Below the pieces are notes generated by a model. The model saw only the letters and a list, made by a program, of their open reading frames with translations. It was not told where the DNA came from and did no database searches. Both the position numbers and the translations under genes were made by a program. This document shows positions 1 through 8,283 of a stretch of 64,000 nt of DNA, piece by piece (within the stretch, counting starts at the first letter, position 1; each line of letters opens with the position of its first letter). Origin of the DNA: an uncultured SAR86 cluster bacterium. GTDB lineage: Bacteria > Pseudomonadota > Gammaproteobacteria > Magnimaribacterales > D2472. The DNA lies in NCBI GenBank assembly GCA_902602595.1, contig CACKRJ010000001.1, positions 346,522-410,521 on the forward strand, given 5' to 3'.

Positions 1-132
1 AATATACTTTTCTACAAAAGCATCTAATGAATTTGGAAAGAAATCTGTATAAAAAAGAAAAGAGCCTACAACAAAACCAAGAATCAAACCTATGAGAATG
101 TTTCTGGTTAGGTTTTTTGGCGTATCAATCAT
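1..132 (-). CDS. Partial CDS (first 44 codons; continues past the window start): polytopic membrane transporter, possibly dicarboxylate/amino acid:cation symporter family
   Basis: Own reverse-complement translation: [44 protein letters not shown]... The hydrophobic first helix resembles GltP-type N-termini. The ATG (132-130) overlaps the rubredoxin stop as TAATG. It is absent from the ORF track because it runs off the window. Confidence 0.4.
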   Translation of the reverse strand, partial: MIDTPKNLTRNILIGLILGFVVGSFLFYTDFFPNSLDAFVEKYI

Positions 133-302
133 TAAATCTCTACCATTTCAAAATCTTCTTTGCCTACTCCACAATCAGGACATAACCAATCATCAGGAAC
201 ATCATCCCAAGCAGTTCCTGGAGCAATGCCATCATCTGGCCAACCCAGTTCTTCATCATATATTAGTCCACATACAATGCATTCCCATTTTTTATATTCC
301 AT
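132..302 (-). CDS. rubA: Rubredoxin (56 aa)
   Basis: Own translation: [56 protein letters not shown]. It has two Cys knuckles (CIVCG, CPDCG) and the DDWxCPxCG signature. It falls below the 60-aa cutoff of the ORF track. The + strand ORFs 92..316 and 160..354 are its antisense shadows. Confidence 0.9.
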   Translation of the reverse strand: MEYKKWECIVCGLIYDEELGWPDDGIAPGTAWDDVPDDWLCPDCGVGKEDFEMVEI

Positions 303-389
303 TTTATCTCTCTTAGTTATTCTGACTCAAAAAGTCTCATTTAATGAAAATTAAGCAGGCTATAATATCAGATTTTAGAGATCTAATTC

Positions 390-881
390 ATGCAAGTAAA
401 AAGAATTGATAAATGGCTGAATGCCAAAGAATTAAGTGATGGTTTAACAAAAAAAAATGTTTTAGATTGGTTGGAAGAGGAAGGATCAATTACTGCGAGA
501 ATTTCATCTCATGCTGAATTCAAACTTGAAATCTTAAATGATGATATTGGCGTTGCCGAGGATGAAGAGTATATCGCTTTGGAAATACCTTCTGAAGAAG
601 TTCGCATCAGAGAAGTGGTTTTATATGGAGATCTAGTACCCCTTGTTTATGCAAGGAGCATTATCCCAGAACTAACCGCATCAAAAGGCTATCCTGGATT
701 AGGGACTATTGGATCTAAGCCACTTGGTGATTTGCTCTTTCAAAGTGAACTATTTATTAAAATACGTCGAGAGTTTGCACAATTTCAAACTTCTTCCAAA
801 GAAGTTGTCTGGGGGAGAAGGACTCATTACCTTGTTCGAGGATACCCCTTGAGTGTCATGGAGGTATTCTTATTATCATGA
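390..881 (+). CDS. ubiC: Chorismate pyruvate-lyase
   Basis: 163-aa ORF whose stop overlaps the ubiA start (ATGA at 878-881). Size and position fit UbiC. The assignment rests mainly on synteny with ubiA. Confidence 0.65.
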   Translation: MQVKRIDKWLNAKELSDGLTKKNVLDWLEEEGSITARISSHAEFKLEILNDDIGVAEDEEYIALEIPSEEVRIREVVLYGDLVPLVYARSIIPELTASKGYPGLGTIGSKPLGDLLFQSELFIKIRREFAQFQTSSKEVVWGRRTHYLVRGYPLSVMEVFLLS

Positions 882-1720
882 ATAAGGCGTTGGCCATTTT
901 TGAATTGATGCGTCTTGATAAACCCATCGGCATATACCTATTACTTTGGCCGGCATTATTAGCCTTGGTGATTAGCACAAACGGCGATTTTGAGTACGCT
1001 GATTTATTAATAGTTATTGCAGGAAGTATTTTGGTAAGGTCAGCAGGCTGTGTTATCAACGACATTTGGGATAAAGACCTGGATGGCGGAGTGGAAAGAA
1101 CAAAAACAAGGCCAATACCCAGCAAAAAGCTCTCTATATCTGAAAGTTGGGCTGTTTTTGCAATACTTGGTGTTTTGAGCCTAATGTTACTTAGCTTAAC
1201 CAATACAAATACTATGTATGTGAGTATCTGCTTTGGTTTAATGATAGTTATATATCCTCTGACAAAAAGATTTTTTATTGGACCTCAGATTTTTCTTGGT
1301 CTTACTTTCAACCCAACAATTATTGTTTACGCGATGACAAATGAGTTGAATAATCCAACGATGATTTTTCTCTACTTTGCGATCGCTGCAAAAACTATTG
1401 CCTTTGATTCTTTCTATGGATTGTGTGACATAGACGATGATAAAAAATTAGGCATCAATTCGACTCCTTTATGGTGGGGGTCAAAAACTTTATTGATTAT
1501 CGCTATCTTACAATTTACTGTAATTGGTCTTTTGCTAATAGTGGGGTTAAAGGCAGGACTTTCATTTGCTTGGTATATAGGAATAATTTTGTTAAGTGGT
1601 TTTTATTTTTATCAGCATAAGCTTGCTTCGCAAAAAAATTTCTTACTAGCTTTTAAAAATAATCATTGGGCCTCCTTATATTTACTTATGCTCTCAGGAT
1701 TTTGTTTTCTGATAATCTAA
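878..1720 (+). CDS. ubiA: 4-hydroxybenzoate polyprenyltransferase
   Basis: N-terminus LMRLDKPIGIYLLLWPALLAL, prenyl-diphosphate motif NDIWDKDLD (NDxxDxxxD), and a multi-TM profile. Confidence 0.95.
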   Translation: MNKALAIFELMRLDKPIGIYLLLWPALLALVISTNGDFEYADLLIVIAGSILVRSAGCVINDIWDKDLDGGVERTKTRPIPSKKLSISESWAVFAILGVLSLMLLSLTNTNTMYVSICFGLMIVIYPLTKRFFIGPQIFLGLTFNPTIIVYAMTNELNNPTMIFLYFAIAAKTIAFDSFYGLCDIDDDKKLGINSTPLWWGSKTLLIIAILQFTVIGLLLIVGLKAGLSFAWYIGIILLSGFYFYQHKLASQKNFLLAFKNNHWASLYLLMLSGFCFLII

Positions 1721-1724
1721 TTTC

Positions 1725-2849
1725 ATGTCATCTGAAATCAAAACAATTGATTTACAAAAAAAGCTTTATTCAATAAAAGCAAATAATCCTTTTGAGGATT
1801 TTTCATATTTACTAGCAATGGAGCAAAGTGATTCTGCATCAGAAAAATCTGGGTGGATCCCAGATCATCTTGGCGAAATAAAAAATAAAAAATTAATAAG
1901 CTTTCTCCCTTTATATAAAAAATTTAATAGCTATGGGGAATTTATTTTTGATCATCAGTGGGCAAATGCACTAACTAGGGCCGGTAGAAATTATTATCCA
2001 AAATTACTAACAGCGATTCCTTTCACTCCCTGTGAGGGAGATAGAATTTTAGGTAAAGATAATCAATCTAAGTTCAATCTTATTGATGCTGGCATTAAAA
2101 AAATGGAAGCCGAGGAAATTGAATCATGGCATATTCTTTTTCCAAATGAATCAGGCAAGAGTGTCTTAAGAGAAAGAAGTTTTGTTGAAAGATACAATTA
2201 TAGGTTCACTTGGGAAAATGAAAATTTTATTGATTTTGATAATTTTCTATCTATCTTTACTTCTCGCCAAAGAGCGACCATTCGCAAAGAAAGAAAAAGC
2301 ATTTCTAAACTAGGCATTGAATTTAAATGCAAAAAACACAATGAAATCACAAATGAGGATTGGGATTTATTTTATGTGTTTTATCAAAAAACCTATTTTG
2401 AAAGAGCTCAAAATCCATATCTAAATAAAGAATTTTTTCAATTAATTAACACCGCAAATCAGCAAGTTAAGCCAGTTATTTTCTTTGCTGAAATAGCAGG
2501 AGAGCCAATTGGTGCATCATTATGTTTTGAAGGTGCGAATACTCTTTATGGCAGGCATTGGGGAGCAACAACAAAAATAAAAAACCTACATTTTGAATGT
2601 TGTTACTATCAGGGCATAGAATATTGCATAAAAAATAATCTCAAATTTTTTGATCCTGGCGTTCAAGGAGAGCATAAAATTAGGAGAGGTTTTAAACCTC
2701 ATTTAAGTTCATCATTTCATTATTTTTTAAGAGATGATTTTGGGCAAGCAGTAAGCGATTTTTGCGAATCAGAAAGGAGTCAAATAGAAAAATATATTGA
2801 GGCATGCAAATCCTATACACCATTTAACAATGATTATAGAATCAAATAA
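1725..2849 (+). CDS. FemAB-like/DUF482-type GNAT-fold acyltransferase (function unknown)
   Basis: 374 aa. The C-terminal block HFECCYYQGIEYCIKNNLKFFDPGVQGEHKIRRGF resembles the DUF482 (PF04339) family as I remember it. No search was possible. Confidence 0.5.
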   Translation: MSSEIKTIDLQKKLYSIKANNPFEDFSYLLAMEQSDSASEKSGWIPDHLGEIKNKKLISFLPLYKKFNSYGEFIFDHQWANALTRAGRNYYPKLLTAIPFTPCEGDRILGKDNQSKFNLIDAGIKKMEAEEIESWHILFPNESGKSVLRERSFVERYNYRFTWENENFIDFDNFLSIFTSRQRATIRKERKSISKLGIEFKCKKHNEITNEDWDLFYVFYQKTYFERAQNPYLNKEFFQLINTANQQVKPVIFFAEIAGEPIGASLCFEGANTLYGRHWGATTKIKNLHFECCYYQGIEYCIKNNLKFFDPGVQGEHKIRRGFKPHLSSSFHYFLRDDFGQAVSDFCESERSQIEKYIEACKSYTPFNNDYRIK

Positions 2850-3281
2850 ATGTATAAGAGTTTAAAAACAAAAAATCATTTAACAACTTGCAGTGCAAAT
2901 TTCTCTAGGCTGAGAAAAATCCTATGTAATTTTGAGAATGATACTTATACATTTGAAATTCTAAATCGCGAACAAAAAAATCAAGCTGAATTTTTTATAA
3001 TCTCAAGGACGCCACATACTCTCATGATCGAAGCAAAATTTAAAAATAAAGGTACGGCATTGATAAATTTTTTGCTGAGAATAAATATTTATATTGATGC
3101 AAAGTTAGCCGAAGTAATTTCTTATCAACAAGAAAAACCTGTTCCATTTTTTATTCCCTCTCCATTCTCACAATCACAAGATGAAAAATATCAACAAAAT
3201 AGAATTCTGACTGAGTGGCTTGAAAGCATTTTTTTAAATGGAGCAGTTGAAGCAAAAGAAATAAATTTTTTTAATGACTGA
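2850..3281 (+). CDS. yqiB: DUF1249 protein, YqiB-like
   Basis: Aligns by eye with E. coli YqiB: C..NFSRLRKIL, IYIDAKLAEVISYQQ, DEKYQQNRILTEWL. It sits directly upstream of yqiA, as in the enterobacterial yqiB-cpdA-yqiA cluster, although cpdA is absent here. Confidence 0.7.
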   Translation: MYKSLKTKNHLTTCSANFSRLRKILCNFENDTYTFEILNREQKNQAEFFIISRTPHTLMIEAKFKNKGTALINFLLRINIYIDAKLAEVISYQQEKPVPFFIPSPFSQSQDEKYQQNRILTEWLESIFLNGAVEAKEINFFND

Positions 3282-3396
3282 AACTTTATATGGATTTAAA
3301 ACTGAATAACTTGAAAGCATATTTTTAAATTAAGAAGTTGAAGCAAAAGAAATAAATAATTTGAATGACTAAAATTTTATATCTCCATGGATTTGC
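3219..3396. repeat. Imperfect tandem duplication (unit 91 bp) of the yqiB 3' end / yqiA 5' end junction
   Basis: Copy 1 (3219-3309) and copy 2 (3310-~3396) both start cttgaaagcat... and contain gttgaagcaaaagaaataaat and aatgact. My hand alignment gives about 9 mismatches in ~79 aligned positions plus one 6-bp indel (ctccat). Confidence 0.85.
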
Positions 3397-3937
3397 ATCA
3401 TCTGCAGATTCAACGAAAGCAAAAGTACTTGAATCTTTTGTAAAAAAAAATACCGACTCAACTAAGATCTTAATTCCTAATATAGATAATAATATTAAAA
3501 ATGCTTATCAGCAGATTGAAGAAATAATCAAAACAAAATCTCCATCCTCAATTATTGGAAGTTCCTTAGGTGGTTTTTTTGGTACATATTTTTCGGAAAA
3601 ATATAATCTTTTGTGTGTGAATATAAATCCAGCAATTCCCCCAATAGATATGTCTGAATATCTTGGTGAAAATCAAAACTACTCAACTGGAGAAAAGTTT
3701 TTTATTGATCAAGATCAATTGGATTTCCTAGCCCTAATGAATAAAAAAATTAAGAACTTGAAAAAGCATAAGAATTTCTTGACTTTGATTCAGTCGAGAG
3801 ATGAGGTCCTTGATTATAAACTTGCTATTGAATATTTTTCTGCTAGCCAGGTTGAGGTGATATTTGGAGGAAATCATTCTTTCGAAGACTTCGAGTTACA
3901 TATTCCAAAAATACAGAAATTTCTAAATATGCACTAA
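3365..3937 (+). CDS. yqiA: Esterase YqiA (UPF0227, alpha/beta hydrolase)
   Basis: MTKILYLHGFASS, nucleophile elbow GSSLGGFF, RDEVLDYKLAIEYF and GGNHSF all parallel E. coli YqiA along its length (from memory). Confidence 0.85.
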   Translation: MTKILYLHGFASSADSTKAKVLESFVKKNTDSTKILIPNIDNNIKNAYQQIEEIIKTKSPSSIIGSSLGGFFGTYFSEKYNLLCVNINPAIPPIDMSEYLGENQNYSTGEKFFIDQDQLDFLALMNKKIKNLKKHKNFLTLIQSRDEVLDYKLAIEYFSASQVEVIFGGNHSFEDFELHIPKIQKFLNMH

Positions 3938-3946
3938 TTTAGTGCA
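3930..3946 (+). promoter_or_regulatory. NtrC (NRI) binding site, perfect 17-bp palindrome
   Basis: TGCACTAATTTAGTGCA versus the enteric consensus TGCACCAnnnTGGTGCA. It overlaps the yqiA stop codon. Confidence 0.7.
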
Positions 3947-3981
3947 TATAAATGTTTATTGCCCTATAATTGTCCATTATT

Positions 3982-3998
3982 TGCACTATTAATGTGCA
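3982..3998 (+). promoter_or_regulatory. Second NtrC-type binding site
   Basis: TGCACTATTAATGTGCA, i.e. TGCAC-N7-GTGCA. Its centre is 52 bp (about 5 helical turns) from site 1. Confidence 0.6.
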
Positions 3999-4005
3999 AT
4001 TATAT

Positions 4006-4021
4006 TGGCATTGATGTTGCA
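4006..4021 (+). promoter_or_regulatory. Sigma-54 (-24/-12) promoter of glnII
   Basis: TGGCATTGATGTTGCA matches TGGCAC-N5-TTGCA with correct GG-N10-GC spacing. It lies about 40 nt upstream of the ATG at 4060, and a TAGGAG RBS sits at 4047-4052. Confidence 0.75.
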
Positions 4022-4059
4022 TATAAAATAAGTACTTAAAAATTTTTAGGAGAAATAGA

Positions 4060-5040
4060 ATGTCAAAATATAAAACTTATGAATATATATGGCTTGATGG
4101 ATATCAGCCAGAACCTTTAATGAGAAGCAAGGTTAAGGCTACTGATGCAAGCACGCCACCAGATTGGTCATTTGACGGATCATCAACACAGCAAGCTGAA
4201 GGTGGGAGTTCGGACTGTTTGCTTCTACCAGTTCAAACATACGAAAATCCTAATGGTCATGATTTAGTGATGACACAGGTTCAGTCAGCAGACCACACCA
4301 CACATCCTTCTAACTTCCGTGCTGCAGCTGAAGCCGTTGTGACAGATGACTGGTGGTTTGGATTTGAACAAGAGTTTTTCTTTACTGACCCAGAAACTGG
4401 AGAACCCCTTGGATGGGAAAATGGGGAGCCAAGAGCTCAGGGCGAATTTTATTGCGGAGTAGGTGCAGGAAATGTAGTTGGAAGGGAAATATCAGATCAT
4501 CACTTGCAAGCTTGTTTGGACCTTGGAATTACATTAACAGGGACTAATGCTGAAGTTGCGTTAGGTCAATGGGAATATCAATGTTTAGGAAAAGGAATCA
4601 AAGCAGCAGATGATCTATGGGTAAGTAGATATATGCTTTATAAGATTGCTGAAGAGTATGGTGTGGGAGTTAATATTCATCCTAAACCAAAAACTGGTGA
4701 TTGGAATGGTTCAGGAATGCATACTAACTTCTCAAATGAAGAGATGAGATCAGGCGGTTCAGAGAAACTATTTTCATCTATGTGTGACAAGCTTGGTGAA
4801 GTTCATCAAGAAGGAATTGCAGCCTATGGCTCTGATAATGATATGAGGTTAACTGGTCTTCATGAAACTCAAAGCATTGATCAATTCTCTTATGGTGTAA
4901 GTGATCGAGGAGCGAGTATTAGGATTCCCGTCTATACGGTCGAGCATAACTGGAACGGTTATTTGGAAGATAGAAGACCGGCTTCAAATGCAGATCCATA
5001 TAAAATCTTAGCTCACATTGTTGGAACACTAACCAAGTAA
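4060..5040 (+). CDS. glnII: Glutamine synthetase type II (eukaryote-like GSII)
   Basis: GSII signatures GTNAEVALGQWEYQ, GSGMHTNFS, MRLTGLHETQSI and RGASIRIP. Its 326 aa matches rhizobial GlnII in length. Confidence 0.9.
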   Translation: MSKYKTYEYIWLDGYQPEPLMRSKVKATDASTPPDWSFDGSSTQQAEGGSSDCLLLPVQTYENPNGHDLVMTQVQSADHTTHPSNFRAAAEAVVTDDWWFGFEQEFFFTDPETGEPLGWENGEPRAQGEFYCGVGAGNVVGREISDHHLQACLDLGITLTGTNAEVALGQWEYQCLGKGIKAADDLWVSRYMLYKIAEEYGVGVNIHPKPKTGDWNGSGMHTNFSNEEMRSGGSEKLFSSMCDKLGEVHQEGIAAYGSDNDMRLTGLHETQSIDQFSYGVSDRGASIRIPVYTVEHNWNGYLEDRRPASNADPYKILAHIVGTLTK

Positions 5041-5077
5041 GCTAAAGTTTGAATAACTCTAATACAGAGAAATATAT

Positions 5078-5109
5078 AAAGCCCTCCCTGAAAGAGGGCT
5101 TTATTTTTT
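5078..5109 (+). terminator. Rho-independent terminator after glnII
   Basis: AAAGCCCTC-cctgaaa-GAGGGCTTT stem-loop followed by a T-rich run (attttttaa). Confidence 0.85.
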
Positions 5110-5121
5110 AAAGTCTGTTTT

Positions 5122-6210
5122 ATGGATTACATAGAATTTAAAGCATTTGACAACCTAAATACTGAAATCATTATTCTAAATGGAGAGGATTTCAAACTGC
5201 TTTGGGTTAATGATGCGGCAAAAGCTGCTAATTGGATTGGCGATTCTTCCAAGTTTGAAGGCAAAACGATCTCATCATTGTTGAATGAAGATACTGGGTA
5301 CCAGATAATTGATATTCTCAAGAAAACTAAAGAGAATTCTGGATCTGTTACCAAAAGAGATTTTGAGATTATTCATCAAGCCGGCACTGTGAGAACAGTT
5401 GACCTAACCATTACTTTTTCAGAAAAAAAGAATATGATTTTTATAGAAGCGGTAAGCATTGATAATCTCAATAAAATTATTGATTCAACCAGAAGTTTTT
5501 CAACACAAAAAATTGCGGCAGGCTTAGCGAGAACTTTAGCGCACGAAGTTAAAAACCCTTTGTCTGGGATTAAAGGTAGTGCGCAAATCTTAAAGTCAAA
5601 ATATGTAGATGATTTTTCAAAAAAATTCTTAAAAATAATTGAAGATGAAACAGACAGATTAAACGAGATTGTTACCAGAATATTAACTCCAGCAAAAAAA
5701 CCAACCTTTGAATATTTTAACCTTCATGAATCTTTGCAAAGAGTATTGGCTTTAAGCAATGCTGAATCACAAGAAAGCTTAACTATAGCTAGAGATTATG
5801 ATCCAAGCATTCCTGAGATTTATGGAGACAAAAATTTATTTATCCAGGCTTTAATTAATATTACACAGAATGCTGTCCATGCATGTACAAATTTTTCAGA
5901 AGAGCCATATTTAGGTATTCAAACCAAAATCTCTTATAGACAACCTATCAATGGAACAATCCATAACACCCTGGCTGAAATCATTGTTACAGATAACGGG
6001 CCTGGAATAAGCGCAGAAATCAAAGACCAAATTTTCTTTCCAATGATATCTGGCAAAGAAAATGGCTCAGGCATCGGCCTTTCAATTTCACAAGATATTG
6101 TAAGAATTCATGGGGGCGCCATATCATTTGATCGAAAAGATGATCAAACATTGTTTTCTATTTTAATACCTATTTCAAGTAACAATGTTAATGGAGCGAA
6201 AAGTGCCTAA
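5122..6210 (+). CDS. ntrB: Nitrogen-regulation sensor histidine kinase NtrB/GlnL
   Basis: H-box LAHEVKNPLSGIKGSAQIL, ATPase boxes (NAVHA, DNGPGI, GSGIGLS) and an N-terminal PAS-like region. It is located between the gln gene and ntrC. Confidence 0.9.
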   Translation: MDYIEFKAFDNLNTEIIILNGEDFKLLWVNDAAKAANWIGDSSKFEGKTISSLLNEDTGYQIIDILKKTKENSGSVTKRDFEIIHQAGTVRTVDLTITFSEKKNMIFIEAVSIDNLNKIIDSTRSFSTQKIAAGLARTLAHEVKNPLSGIKGSAQILKSKYVDDFSKKFLKIIEDETDRLNEIVTRILTPAKKPTFEYFNLHESLQRVLALSNAESQESLTIARDYDPSIPEIYGDKNLFIQALINITQNAVHACTNFSEEPYLGIQTKISYRQPINGTIHNTLAEIIVTDNGPGISAEIKDQIFFPMISGKENGSGIGLSISQDIVRIHGGAISFDRKDDQTLFSILIPISSNNVNGAKSA

Positions 6211-7579
6211 AATATGGATCGCTGATGACGATGAAGCTATTCGCATGGTGCTCGAAGAAGGCCTAAAGAGTGCTGGCCTAGAAATAGTTACCTTTGCTGA
6301 TGGAGAGTCATTAATTGATGCTTTAAATACCGATAAGCCAGATCTAATAATTTCAGATATAAAAATGCCAGGCATGCATGGCTATGATCTTTTAAAACAT
6401 ATCAAAAATAATTATGACAAATTACCAGTCATCATTATGACTGCTTTTACAGATATGCAAGCTGCCATCGATTCTTATGGGGGAGGTGCTTTTGAATATA
6501 TTCCAAAACCTTTTGATTTAGAAGAAGCCATAATCACTGTTAAAAAAGCCCTTGAGGAACACAAAGAAACAAGACCAAAAAAAGTCTCTAAATCAGAAAT
6601 CATTGGTTCGGCGCCTTCAATGCAGATCGTCTTTAGATCAATTGGGAAGCTAGCTAATACAAATGCCACTGTTCTTATCCAAGGGGAATCTGGAACTGGC
6701 AAAGAACTCGTTTCTAAGTCATTGCATAAAAATAGCCCGAGGCATGATATGCCATTTATAGCCTTAAACATGGCTGATATTCCAAAAGAACTAATTGAAT
6801 CAGAGTTGTTTGGGCATGAAAAAGGAGCTTTCACTGGAGCTGTTGAGCAAAGAATTGGTAGGTTTGAGCAAGCAAATGGTGGCACTTTATTTCTTGATGA
6901 GATCGGAGACATGCCACTAGAAACTCAGACACGTCTATTACGAGTATTATCAAATAAAGAATTTTTTCGGGTTGGTGGCGATAAGCCAATCAAGGTGGAT
7001 GTTCGGATTTTAGCTGCTACTCATCAAAGTCTAGAATCACTGGTCGCTTCTGGTACCTTTAGAGAAGATCTTTACTACAGGTTAAATGTGATCAGGGTAG
7101 ATGTGCCGCCTCTTAGACAAAGAAAAGAGGATATTGGTGACCTATCCTCTGCTTTTTTGAAAAGGCATGCAGATTCCTTGTTGGATGAGCCAAAAGTACT
7201 TTCCCCAGAGGCCCTCTTAGCTTTAACTCAATTTGATTGGCCTGGAAATGTAAGGCAATTAGAAAACACATGTTATTGGATTGCCCTAATGGCACCTACT
7301 CAAAATGTAGAATTAGAAGATTTACCTGGCGAAATTATTAACAATGATCAATCGCTTCTTACACAAGGCAATGACTGGCAATCAGGATTTTCTCAATGGC
7401 TTGGTGAGGTTTATCAGAGCAATTCAGAAAATATGCTTGAAATTATCGAGCCCACACTAGATAAAGTCATGATTGATTTTGCTTTAGAAAAAACTGGCGG
7501 TAAAAAACAAGAAGCTGCGAAAGTTTTAGGCCTTGGTAGAAATACTCTTACAAAAAAAATAAAGGCGCAGCAAAATTAA
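6185..7579 (+). CDS. ntrC: Sigma-54-dependent response regulator NtrC/GlnG
   Basis: REC domain (IWIADDDEAIRMVL, SDIKMPGMHG), AAA+ sigma-54 activator core (GESGTGKE, ESELFGHEKGAFTGA) and a C-terminal HTH (AAKVLGLGRNTLTKKIK). The start may instead be the ATG at 6191 (MERKV...). Confidence 0.95.
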   Translation: MLMERKVPKIWIADDDEAIRMVLEEGLKSAGLEIVTFADGESLIDALNTDKPDLIISDIKMPGMHGYDLLKHIKNNYDKLPVIIMTAFTDMQAAIDSYGGGAFEYIPKPFDLEEAIITVKKALEEHKETRPKKVSKSEIIGSAPSMQIVFRSIGKLANTNATVLIQGESGTGKELVSKSLHKNSPRHDMPFIALNMADIPKELIESELFGHEKGAFTGAVEQRIGRFEQANGGTLFLDEIGDMPLETQTRLLRVLSNKEFFRVGGDKPIKVDVRILAATHQSLESLVASGTFREDLYYRLNVIRVDVPPLRQRKEDIGDLSSAFLKRHADSLLDEPKVLSPEALLALTQFDWPGNVRQLENTCYWIALMAPTQNVELEDLPGEIINNDQSLLTQGNDWQSGFSQWLGEVYQSNSENMLEIIEPTLDKVMIDFALEKTGGKKQEAAKVLGLGRNTLTKKIKAQQN

Positions 7580-7827
7580 TTTAAAGCCTCGAACAAATTT
7601 CCAGCTGCATGTAACTCATGCAAATCGTCACACCCCCCAATATGATTTTCACCAAACCATATTTGTGGAACAGAAGTTTTTCCAGCCTTTAATGCCATCT
7701 CGGCCCTAAGCTCAGAATTAAAATCGACAGAAACTTCTTGATAGGCAATGTCCAAGCCCTTCAATAAACTTTTTGCTTTATAACAATATGGGCAGGTTTT
7801 TGTTGTGTATATGATTACGTCTTTCAT
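7576..7827 (-). CDS. grxC: Glutaredoxin 3
   Basis: 83 aa with a CPYC active site and TSVPQIWFGENHIGGCDDL. Confidence 0.9.
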   Translation of the reverse strand: MKDVIIYTTKTCPYCYKAKSLLKGLDIAYQEVSVDFNSELRAEMALKAGKTSVPQIWFGENHIGGCDDLHELHAAGNLFEALN

Positions 7828-7842
7828 GATTAGATTTTTATA

Positions 7843-8280
7843 TTATTTTAATTTTATATTTTGCAACGTATGTCCCTCAACCCTAAATTTTGCTTGCTCA
7901 AAAGAAGGTGCTGATAATTTTCCCATGGCATTATTAGAGAATCCAAACTGCTCCTTTGGAATGCCAAAAAAATTTTTATCAATTTTTAAATTCTTATTAG
8001 CGTCAACAAAAAGTGCAATTGCATAAACTCCCTCTGGTAAATTAATAACAAACTCATGGCTATCTTTAAGCTTAATAAAAGTCTCTATCCCTGAAAACAC
8101 GCCTTCTTCTGATCTCTTTTCTCCCTTAACAGAATAATTGTATGCTTCAGCATTATCATAAACAGCTAAAGACAATACACCTTCTTTGGTTTGTCCTGAA
8201 AGATTGATAATTAATTCATCAGCAGAAATATTCAAGGAAAAAAGCAAAAAAAGTACAAAAAATTTAGCGCAATAGATCAT
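7843..8280 (-). CDS. Secreted DUF2141 protein
   Basis: N-terminal signal peptide. The C-terminal DANKNLKIDKNFFGIPKEQFGFSNN matches the DUF2141 signature as I recall it. Confidence 0.7.
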   Translation of the reverse strand: MIYCAKFFVLFLLFSLNISADELIINLSGQTKEGVLSLAVYDNAEAYNYSVKGEKRSEEGVFSGIETFIKLKDSHEFVINLPEGVYAIALFVDANKNLKIDKNFFGIPKEQFGFSNNAMGKLSAPSFEQAKFRVEGHTLQNIKLK

Positions 8281-8283
8281 GGA

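Noticed and set aside
92-354. Two + strand ORFs (92..316, 160..354) in the ORF track
   Set aside because: Their translations are low-complexity and His/Ser/Pro/Leu-rich. They are antisense to a perfect rubredoxin gene (132-302, minus strand), so they are shadow ORFs.
3442-3450. A9 homopolymer inside yqiA (and T9 at 20290-20298), considered as a phase-variation tract
   Set aside because: A/T runs of this length are expected in a genome this AT-rich. The T9 is simply the terminator tail. There is no evidence of frame switching.
6475-6912. 145-aa minus-strand ORF inside ntrC, and similar long antisense ORFs at 856..1203, 19245..19592, 25700..26074, 31723..32103, 39867..40202 and 27280..27594
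   Set aside because: All lie fully inside confidently identified genes on the other strand. They have Ser/Pro/Cys/Ile-rich compositions typical of antisense frames and match no recognisable family.
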